DNA of 64,000 nucleotides from the sequence record MT661596.1; one strand, written 5' to 3'. Shown piece after piece: positions 1 to 6,615 of the stretch; position 1 is the first letter of the stretch; each line of letters starts with the position of its first letter. Below the pieces are notes generated by a model. That model ran no database searches, was not told where the DNA came from, and saw only the letters and a program-made list of their open reading frames with translations. A program made the position numbers and the translations under genes.

Positions 1-18
1 GGGCAATTAATAATGACA

Positions 19-354
19 CCAACAACCGAAGGCTAAAGAGATGCCATTGCATCACATGAGTAATCCCAGCAGTCATGTCACCCTATATCCAACCTACAGG
101 TGATATGCAAAGACTTAAAGGTCTCCTACATTAGGGTCGCTGTGAGGTTACAATATCAAAGGGTGGATATCCTGGTGTTGTTATGAACACCGGTGAATAG
201 AATGGGTTTATCCTCTTTATAGGTTAGTGCCCACATAACTGTCTTGGTCGTTTGATACGATGACAACCTTTAACTGCGGGGGACTAAAAGTAAGTTACTT
301 GCACTAACTTGCGAGCAGTTAACTAATTCAAGACGATACACGTATGGTTGTTGG
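19..354 (+). ncRNA. candidate large structured ncRNA upstream of tRNA cluster
   Basis: No long ORF; 9-bp closing helix CCAACAACC(19-27)/GGTTGTTGG(346-354); internal helices 47-52/105-110, 55-59/73-77, 241-246/329-334, 270-277/315-322; possible pseudoknot 85-91/164-170. Confidence 0.5.
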
Positions 355-362
355 CTGGCTGG

Positions 363-372
363 TCTATATTAC
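363..372 (+). promoter_or_regulatory. early (virion RNAP)-type promoter motif ahead of tRNA cluster
   Basis: TCTATATTAC matches the recurring CCTAYATTAY motif and phiKZ early TATTAC core. Confidence 0.5.
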
Positions 373-454
373 TGTGTGTTTCGTGTCTCCATCTAACCGC
401 GTGGTGAATATAAAGTGAAGAGCACAGCACTCTGAGCAAGCGGTGTCAAATTTA

Positions 455-531
455 GGAGCCATAGTTCAGTTGGTTAGAACGCTACCCTGTCACGGTAGAG
501 GTCGCGGGTTCGAGTCCCGCTGGTTCCGCCA
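455..531 (+). tRNA. tRNA-Asp(GTC)
   Basis: Cloverleaf GGAGCCA/TGGTTCC, anticodon loop CT-GTC-AC, TTCGAGT T-loop, G73 plus encoded CCA. Confidence 0.97.
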
Positions 532-537
532 AACAAT

Positions 538-613
538 GTTCTGCTCATCTAGCGGCTTAGGATTACGGGTTTTCAGTCCGTCCACCGGGGTTCGATTCCC
601 CGGCAGAACACCA
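538..613 (+). tRNA. tRNA-Glu(TTC)
   Basis: GTTCTGC/GCAGAAC acceptor, loop TT-TTC-AG, TTCGATT T-loop, encoded CCA. Confidence 0.93.
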
Positions 614-623
614 AACATGGAAA

Positions 624-726
624 GGTGTGTTGGCAGAGTGCGTGAATGCGCTAACCTTTAAGTTGGTTAGTATAGGCTGACTCAGAAATGATAGGCTTAT
701 CGTGGGTTGGAATCCCACACACGTCT
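624..726 (+). pseudogene. aberrant class II (long variable arm) tRNA-like gene, possibly Leu(TAA)-derived
   Basis: Acceptor GGTGTGT/ACACGTC, D arm TGGCAGAGTGCGTGAATGC, anticodon arm CTAACC-TTTAAGTT-GGTTAG (8-nt loop), about 30-nt variable arm, T-loop TTGGAAT, no CCA. Confidence 0.6.
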
Positions 727-753
727 TTCTATTTCTTTTTTTTTTTTATCAAT

Positions 754-860
754 GGCGACAGTCTCTTTAAGAGACAAGCACCCAATGTTGTGATTAGAGC
801 AACCTCTAATATGTCAACGGAATGCGGTAACCCCTGTGAAACTCAGGGTGTCGTCTACCA
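754..860 (+). ncRNA. tRNA-like RNA ending in ACCA
   Basis: GGCGACA/TGTCGTC stem stacked on T-arm-like CCCTG-TGAAACT-CAGGG, 3' TACCA, long internal hairpin instead of an anticodon arm. Confidence 0.6.
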
Positions 861-932
861 AATATGGTTTGCTGTCGAAACGTGAGAGTTAAATAAAATA
901 ACTTTCCTTGGCGGTAAGCCATTCCCATTAAT

Positions 933-1010
933 GGTGGTGTTAGTTCAGTTGGTTAGAATTCAGGAATGTGACTCCTGAGGTCGAGAGTTCAAATCTCTCA
1001 CACCACCCCA
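933..1010 (+). tRNA. tRNA-His(GTG)
   Basis: G-1:C73 pair, GTGGTGT/ACACCAC, loop AT-GTG-AC, TTCAAAT T-loop, encoded CCA. Confidence 0.95.
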
Positions 1011-1091
1011 ATTGTGAGTTACCTGATATGAGACAGCTACAGCAGCAAGTCAGGTAGCTCATATTTACACTTATACCGATTAGAGGTCAAA

Positions 1092-1433
1092 ATGAGTGAA
1101 CAGAATCTGGCGACTGTTAGTAAAAATGGTTGTTCGAAAGTTTGTTCAGCTAAAAGTTGTAATGAGTTCATCTTCATTAGCTCTAATGATAAACTAACAT
1201 GTAAGCGCTGTGGCACCCCAAGATTGCTAAGCCATGGCGAAGTCATTGATGCGTTCCCTAGAAAGAACAGTGAGTTCTTTGACCGGGTAAATCAGCTGAG
1301 TCGTTACTCCTTTCATAAAGGCACTGACTCCGTTAAACGAGTGCCCGACCCAGGCGGTAACTATATCGACTACCATGAAGTTGTAGAACTCATGTCATTA
1401 GCCGATGAACGCATTCGTGAATTAAGTAAATAG
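1092..1433 (+). CDS. hypothetical protein with Cys-rich (Zn-ribbon-like) N-terminus
   Basis: 113 aa, GAGGT RBS, several Cys incl. CKRC. Confidence 0.7.
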   Translation: MSEQNLATVSKNGCSKVCSAKSCNEFIFISSNDKLTCKRCGTPRLLSHGEVIDAFPRKNSEFFDRVNQLSRYSFHKGTDSVKRVPDPGGNYIDYHEVVELMSLADERIRELSK

Positions 1434-1443
1434 CACCACTATG

Positions 1444-1516
1444 TAGAATGTAGCTTGAGGAAAAAGCAGCCGACTAATAATCGGGGATTTCGCCAGTTCG
1501 AATCTGGTCATTCTAC
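1444..1516 (+). tRNA. tRNA-Ile(AAT), no encoded CCA
   Basis: TAGAATG/CATTCTA acceptor (extendable), D arm GCTT/AAGC, CCGA-CT-AAT-AA-TCGG anticodon arm, GCCAG-TTCGAAT-CTGGT. Confidence 0.8.
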
Positions 1517-1598
1517 AACCCTATCATGATTGATGATACCACGTAAGAAAAATATTTATTAGCACGTACGCTAATCCATTTTTTACGGGGAATTCATC

Positions 1599-1994
1599 AT
1601 GATAATCGATAAACTCATTAATGCTAAACCAACCTATCTTTATAAGTTAGATGGTGAAGTTTGTAAAGACGAATACACAACACTAGAAGGGTTCAGTGAC
1701 TGTATTAAGTGGCATCTGTCACTTAATAACTTCAATGTGATTGGCGTCTTCTATAATGACCAACCAGAAGATTATTACGGGTCGGGTGTCGTATTAGGTT
1801 ATGATAAAACATCGTCGGAGTGTTTTGTTATTGAGCTAAGCCACTGTTCCTGTTATGGTATTCTGGATGTAGATGCTTGGGAGGATATCCAACCGGAGCG
1901 CTACAGTGTTGAGTTGTTAGATAAGGCATATTCTGAAAACAGACTTACAAGTGAATTAACAGAGCTAATCGAACATTGCATCGCACAGATGTAA
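1599..1994 (+). CDS. hypothetical protein
   Basis: 131-aa acidic ORF with GGGA-like RBS. Confidence 0.75.
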   Translation: MIIDKLINAKPTYLYKLDGEVCKDEYTTLEGFSDCIKWHLSLNNFNVIGVFYNDQPEDYYGSGVVLGYDKTSSECFVIELSHCSCYGILDVDAWEDIQPERYSVELLDKAYSENRLTSELTELIEHCIAQM

Positions 1995-2063
1995 AGGAAT
2001 AACACCGGAGGTAACACTCCGGTTGTTTCCACACGCACCCAATAACGCACGCAGGTACTTACT

Positions 2064-2378
2064 ATGTTAATATTAAAACACATTACATCTAAACACGCGC
2101 TACCGGGAACGCCTGAAGGTGTTTCTATGCACCCATTACCTGTTGGATATACTTTATATCCAATAGATAACCATGTGTTGGATGGGCGTGAGGTTTATCA
2201 CAAAGATGCTCGCTATGTCGTTCAGTTCCTTGATACAAAAAACGAGCAACAAACAATCATCGTGTCTTGTAATGACGACGCGTATATCTTGAATAATGAA
2301 GGTAAAACTATCTACACAATCCACAGGACTATCGTTCAAGGTAGTAAACTAATTAAAGCTAACGGTAAATCTAAATAA
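2064..2378 (+). CDS. hypothetical protein
   Basis: 104-aa ORF with AGGT RBS. Confidence 0.7.
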   Translation: MLILKHITSKHALPGTPEGVSMHPLPVGYTLYPIDNHVLDGREVYHKDARYVVQFLDTKNEQQTIIVSCNDDAYILNNEGKTIYTIHRTIVQGSKLIKANGKSK

Positions 2379-2457
2379 TAGTTTAAGCCGTTGGTTAACA
2401 AGATTAAACCAGATATAATGGTTTAATAAGACTGGCTTTCACCCGGTCTTAAAAACA

Positions 2458-2558
2458 GCCGAAGTCGTCTAAGTGTGAAGACAGCATGACTATATGTGAC
2501 CGTGACTTACCACGAAGCCACACGTCATGAAGATGTGGTTTTAACAACCACCTTCGGC
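2458..2558 (+). ncRNA. four-way-junction structured RNA domain
   Basis: P1 2458-2464/2552-2558, P2 2467-2470/2479-2482, P3 2485-2490/2524-2529 with nested helices, P4 2535-2540/2546-2551; loop-loop AAGT/ACTT. Confidence 0.55.
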
Positions 2559-2567
2559 AACCCAATA

Positions 2568-2666
2568 CAGTCAATCAACTGATGAGCCGTGGACTTTAAA
2601 CTGGCGGCGAAACGGATGGCGGTTCATATACCACTTAACAGTTGTTTATAGCCATCCGTATTGGTT
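2568..2666 (+). ncRNA. type I hammerhead ribozyme
   Basis: CTGATGA 2579-2585, stem II GCCGT/GCGGC, GAAA 2609-2612, 9-bp stem III ACGGATGGC/GCCATCCGT, GUA cleavage triplet 2658-2660, stem I AATCAA/TTGGTT. Confidence 0.92.
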
Positions 2667-2771
2667 AAGGCGTTACGTTGTTAGGACGTAGCCCATAGGT
2701 TTGCATTGCAGGCTTATGGGATGCGATTGCCTGGCATCAGCGATGTGTCCATTACAAACTCCTCATAAGTC

Positions 2772-2803
2772 AGGTCGGGGTGAGAATCCCGACCTTTATG
2801 CCG
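2772..2803 (+). terminator. hairpin + TTATGCCG 3'-end element
   Basis: AGGTCGGG/CCCGACCT stem then TTATGCCG. Confidence 0.6.
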
Positions 2804-2832
2804 TTCAAATGCTATGTATAAATAATCACGAG

Positions 2833-2842
2833 CCTACATTAC
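2833..2842 (+). promoter_or_regulatory. early-type promoter motif
   Basis: CCTACATTAC upstream of 2896 ORF. Confidence 0.65.
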
Positions 2843-2895
2843 TTTAGTGTAGTACCAGAAGTGTCATCCAACTAACTGTAATGTAAGGTGTAACT

Positions 2896-3084
2896 ATGAA
2901 ATGGATTATTGGTATCATTGTTAGTATAGTGTGTTTTAACATATATGTGGTGATGAATGAATCGTATACATTACCTTATGCAATAGCACATTGTGTTGTG
3001 ACAATACCAACCCTCATACTCGTGGCGTGGCAGAGAGGCGATATATGTCCATTCAACAATTCTCCTACTGATAAGAGGGGGTAA
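2896..3084 (+). CDS. small membrane protein
   Basis: 62 aa, two hydrophobic segments, AAGGTG RBS. Confidence 0.7.
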   Translation: MKWIIGIIVSIVCFNIYVVMNESYTLPYAIAHCVVTIPTLILVAWQRGDICPFNNSPTDKRG

Positions 3085-3086
3085 CT

Positions 3087-3272
3087 ATGCGATTAGCAGC
3101 GATAGTAGCTTTAATCATAATGCTTCTATGTGTCACTATTGTTATTGTTCAATCTGAATATGACCCGACCCTAGACCAGTTAAAAGGGTTCATCGTGGGC
3201 TCTATATCAGGTGTGTTCATCACACTTATATCAGCATATATAGTGCATAGTTCATTATGTAAGAAGCAGTAG
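3087..3272 (+). CDS. small membrane protein
   Basis: 61 aa, two hydrophobic segments, GAGGGG RBS. Confidence 0.7.
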   Translation: MRLAAIVALIIMLLCVTIVIVQSEYDPTLDQLKGFIVGSISGVFITLISAYIVHSSLCKKQ

Positions 3273-3313
3273 CATAATCCAAAAGGGGTGTTAATACACT
3301 CCTTTTTATGCCG
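3272..3313 (+). terminator. hairpin + TTATGCCG element
   Basis: AAAAGGGGTG/CACTCCTTTT stem then TATGCCG. Confidence 0.6.
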
Positions 3314-3342
3314 TTAAACTTTAAATCGCAGTTGATTTTAAA

Positions 3343-3352
3343 CCTACATTAC
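3343..3352 (+). promoter_or_regulatory. early-type promoter motif
   Basis: AAACCTACATTAC upstream of 3403 ORF. Confidence 0.7.
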
Positions 3353-3402
3353 ACAGTTGAATATAGTAAATCTAATTAATAATCTATTTTGGAGATTCAA
3401 TC

Positions 3403-3819
3403 ATGAATATCGTAACTACATTTAATAATAATCAAATGACAAATAAATACTGGGTAGCGGGTAAAGTAATTACAAGCGTTAAAGCGGGTGCAACTGATGT
3501 CTATCTAGTGTGTCAGGATAGAATGAGTTTTATTGAACTAAAAGAAGCTATTGATTCTCTCGCTCGGTTAGACTCTGGTTATCGTGCTGCCGTAACTGCA
3601 CATAACACACAGCTACACTATTGTGAAGAAGAATCAATGGAATCCTTGGCTTACACAGAACTACCAGCACAGTCGATTCTAGCCACCTTTAAAGTGTTCA
3701 CGCACAGCTTGCTAAAACAGATAGCTATTCTAAATAACTTGAATAAACCTGCTTTCATTGCAACAGTTAATGCGATGGCAAAGCAAATCCCTGATTCTGT
3801 TAAAGTTGAATTTAACTAA
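3403..3819 (+). CDS. hypothetical protein
   Basis: 138 aa, GGAG RBS. Confidence 0.8.
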   Translation: MNIVTTFNNNQMTNKYWVAGKVITSVKAGATDVYLVCQDRMSFIELKEAIDSLARLDSGYRAAVTAHNTQLHYCEEESMESLAYTELPAQSILATFKVFTHSLLKQIAILNNLNKPAFIATVNAMAKQIPDSVKVEFN

Positions 3820-3871
3820 TCGACACAAATATATGTTAAACAAACCCAACCATTAATTAAAGGAACTCATA

Positions 3872-4459
3872 ATGACAACCGAAACTAAATCGAAACCAAT
3901 CCACTTAGGTAGCTACACATTACCAGGTATTATGATTGGCGTCGCTATTATTAATGTGGATAAGGTGTCCGTCACCACCAAATACACATTAACCAATAAT
4001 GTAACCCACAAGAAGATTGGCGCGTTTGAAAATAAAATGGATATGATTCCAAACATGCCACCTGAAGGACATGTTCTTACATTAGAACAAATTATCCGTC
4101 GAGCTGCATCGTATTTAATGTCTCGCTTGTGGGAAGACAAAGACGATGAAAACATTGACATGGTTTACCGTGCCGCTAAAATGTTATCTCAAACCTTTGT
4201 CATCAGTCAGTCAGAGCCTATTCATGGTGAATTCAAAGACGGTGAAAATGTTATTAAATGGCAGCGTGTAGTTTATAACGGAGCGATTGAAACAGGTTTC
4301 TCCATTGGTGATGCGCGTAAAGTTATTGCAATGGATGAATTCAAAGATAAAGTCATTGTTGATAAAGGTGCTTTCCTAACACTGCGTGTCGATATGCGTG
4401 AAGAAAGTGTACCATCACCAGAACTTATGTATAAGCTTTGTGGTCGTGTCGATTTCTAA
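3872..4459 (+). CDS. hypothetical protein
   Basis: 195 aa, AAGGA RBS. Confidence 0.8.
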   Translation: MTTETKSKPIHLGSYTLPGIMIGVAIINVDKVSVTTKYTLTNNVTHKKIGAFENKMDMIPNMPPEGHVLTLEQIIRRAASYLMSRLWEDKDDENIDMVYRAAKMLSQTFVISQSEPIHGEFKDGENVIKWQRVVYNGAIETGFSIGDARKVIAMDEFKDKVIVDKGAFLTLRVDMREESVPSPELMYKLCGRVDF

Positions 4460-4462
4460 TAA

Positions 4463-4494
4463 CGGCATAAAGGGTAGCCCAAACGGGCTACCCT
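4463..4494 (-). terminator. hairpin + TTATGCCG element (minus strand)
   Basis: CGGCATAA then AGGGTAGCCC-AAAC-GGGCTACCCT between convergent genes. Confidence 0.65.
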
Positions 4495-4518
4495 GGTTAT
4501 GTTCACTTCTTTTTTTTT

Positions 4519-5370
4519 TTAACGTTTCGGTGTCATCATTCGGATAGCACGGTGCTTACGTAACTTGTCAGCAAACGCAGCAGTCTTAGTCCAGGTTTCT
4601 TTTAAGTAATCATCGTAATTTTGAAGAGAGTCAGAGTACGTCTGAAGTGTATCTTTAAAAGCACCTAACTCCATACCACCTACTAACTGACCTTGGTCTA
4701 CTTTTATATTAAGTTTGTTGTATATGTACGCTTGAACAGCATACCTTACAAGTTTAGCAAACTTAGGGTAACTTCTAGCTGGGATGTTATTGAGTTCAGG
4801 GTCGTTTGTTACAACACAACGAAGGGTGAGTTGGTTAGTCACCATCTGAGTCTCGTAAATACAAATTTGGTTTTGACCGATGATAGCTACGTTAGTTAAT
4901 TGTATCTCTGGAGCAGGTGAGTAAGACTGCAGCATAGACTGCATCCCTTGTTGGAACGCTCCATTACCACAACCTGGATTATATGCACCAGAGTAAGCAC
5001 CAATACCATTACCAGGTGCGCCAAATAACGTATCTGGAAAACCATACATCACAGCAAGTATAGATGTTATTACTCTACCACCAGTTAACGTCATAGGTAC
5101 TCTGAACGTTGTTGTGAAGTGGTCATGTTTGATAAACTCTACTCCACGTAACGGTATGATAACCTGTGTTCCACCGACGGCGTCACAATCGCGTCGAACT
5201 TTAGCATCAATAACTTTTGTTCTTATGGCATCGGCAAGTGATACGTTTAATACACGTCTTACACCAGAGTGATAATAAGCGGTGTCATTCTCAAGAAAAG
5301 CTGCTTCAAGAAGCTCCCTTGGAATACCACCCCATAAAAGGTCACTTAGTGCATGGTCAATTGCGCTCAT
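4519..5370 (-). CDS. conserved chimallivirus-type hypothetical protein, divergent from phuZ
   Basis: 283 aa, GAGG RBS; position next to PhuZ; function not assignable. Confidence 0.7.
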   Translation of the reverse strand: MSAIDHALSDLLWGGIPRELLEAAFLENDTAYYHSGVRRVLNVSLADAIRTKVIDAKVRRDCDAVGGTQVIIPLRGVEFIKHDHFTTTFRVPMTLTGGRVITSILAVMYGFPDTLFGAPGNGIGAYSGAYNPGCGNGAFQQGMQSMLQSYSPAPEIQLTNVAIIGQNQICIYETQMVTNQLTLRCVVTNDPELNNIPARSYPKFAKLVRYAVQAYIYNKLNIKVDQGQLVGGMELGAFKDTLQTYSDSLQNYDDYLKETWTKTAAFADKLRKHRAIRMMTPKR

Positions 5371-5450
5371 ACAAACCTCTTTGTTAATAAATACATGTAC
5401 TTACATTACTATGTAAAGTACAGCTTAATGAAAATAACCTCTTTTGGAGA

Positions 5451-6431
5451 ATGAATATGTCAAAACGTTTAACACGTCTATATGCATGTGGTGGTGCTGG
5501 TATCAATATTAGTGCTGGTATTACCGATAATGTTGACGTGCCTGGTTTCAGTGATACCAAAGTATCTCGTGTAGACACCAGTGTGGCTAACCTTACAACT
5601 AACATGCCAGAAGACTCTGTGTTTGTTCTGGCAGGTGCTGATGGTTCCGGTAAAGAGCGTCGCCATAACTACCGACCTGTTGTTGCAGCACTTCCTCAAA
5701 TCTTAACACTACACGCACCATGCGACTATAACATCGTGTTGTTCTCTGCATCGGGCGGTTCTGGCTCTGTAATCGGTCCTGTTATCCTGGGTGAGCTACT
5801 AAAACGTAAATTACCATCAGTTGCTATTGTTATTGGCACTACAGGTTCTAAAACTGAAGTACAAAATAGCATCGATACGTTGAAGTCATTATCCGGTGTT
5901 TGTAAAGCTTCTAAGTTACCATTAGTCATGGTCTACCTTGAAGTTAACCAACATAACAGCCAAGCTGATGTTGACCGTCAGGTTACTGCAGCTATTACCC
6001 AACTGCTTAGCTTGTTCGACTCACATGCATCAGGTCTAGACTACAAAGATATCACTAACTTACTGCAATACACTAATATTCGCGGTGGTGTGGAATCTCT
6101 GATGTCTATGGATATTTACATCGATAACGACATTGAAGCTATTACAGGTTCGTTCCCACCATCTATGGCGACTGTGTATAAAGATGATGAACGTCCATCT
6201 CTTCCTGTCACTCCTGGTTATCATGCAACCGGCACTCGTGATAAATCCGTGACTGATGAACGCATGAAAGTAACCATTCACTTTGTTATCACTGAACCAC
6301 CTGTGAAAGAGCATTTTGATGGTTTGGAAACCCGCCTTAAAAATATCATCGATGGTGAAAACGCTGTTGGCAACATCGCCGGTGTTTTAAGCGACGACGA
6401 TGAAGTTGATGGTTTAGGTATGGTACTGTAA
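5451..6431 (+). CDS. phuZ: phage tubulin PhuZ
   Basis: ACGGAGIN, VDTS, GSGK, SASGGSGS tubulin signature and acidic C-terminal tail DDDEVDGLGMVL. Confidence 0.95.
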   Translation: MNMSKRLTRLYACGGAGINISAGITDNVDVPGFSDTKVSRVDTSVANLTTNMPEDSVFVLAGADGSGKERRHNYRPVVAALPQILTLHAPCDYNIVLFSASGGSGSVIGPVILGELLKRKLPSVAIVIGTTGSKTEVQNSIDTLKSLSGVCKASKLPLVMVYLEVNQHNSQADVDRQVTAAITQLLSLFDSHASGLDYKDITNLLQYTNIRGGVESLMSMDIYIDNDIEAITGSFPPSMATVYKDDERPSLPVTPGYHATGTRDKSVTDERMKVTIHFVITEPPVKEHFDGLETRLKNIIDGENAVGNIAGVLSDDDEVDGLGMVL

Positions 6432-6452
6432 TAAGTATTATATGTGAGATAA

Positions 6453-6530
6453 GTTGCGGTGATGGGGTTTCGTCATGGGATGGGTTCCTTTTTCCTGTCA
6501 TCGCAACACCATTCGCCGTGGACTCATGAC
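6453..6530 (+). ncRNA. pseudoknotted RNA element downstream of phuZ
   Basis: 15-bp stem 6453-6467/6493-6507 with G-U pairs; loop 6472-6479 pairs with 6523-6530. Confidence 0.5.
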
Positions 6531-6552
6531 CATTTCGATGTTTGTGTGAAAT

Positions 6553-6586
6553 ACACCCCACCCAAACCGGGTGGGGTGTTATGCCG
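6553..6586 (+). terminator. hairpin + TTATGCCG element
   Basis: ACACCCCACCC/GGGTGGGGTGT then TATGCCG. Confidence 0.65.
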
Positions 6587-6605
6587 CATCGGAAATAATT
6601 ATATT

Positions 6606-6615
6606 CCTACATTAT
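6606..6615 (+). promoter_or_regulatory. early-type promoter motif (second copy at 6648)
   Basis: CCTACATTAT twice upstream of 6707 ORF. Confidence 0.6.

Noticed and set aside
19-354. tmRNA, RNase P, group I intron or cobalamin riboswitch identity
   Set aside because: No tRNA-like Ala domain or tag ORF, no GAGGAAAGUCC/P4 signature, no convincing P7 R/S pair; only short chance-level resemblances
651-670. Ochre suppressor (UUA anticodon) or recoded genome
   Set aside because: A 7-nt loop CT-TTA-AG does not give a paired stem, and long ORFs end normally at TAA, TAG and TGA
443-885. ORFs 443-661 and 688-885
   Set aside because: They overlap tRNA and tRNA-like genes
2391-2419. sigma70 promoter TTGGTT-17-TATAAT
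   Set aside because: Weak -35, and TATAAT is common in AT-rich DNA; cannot be supported without TSS data
6453-6530. HDV-like/theta ribozyme
   Set aside because: Helix order is similar but the P3/L3/P1.1 consensus and catalytic J4/2 C context are not identifiable
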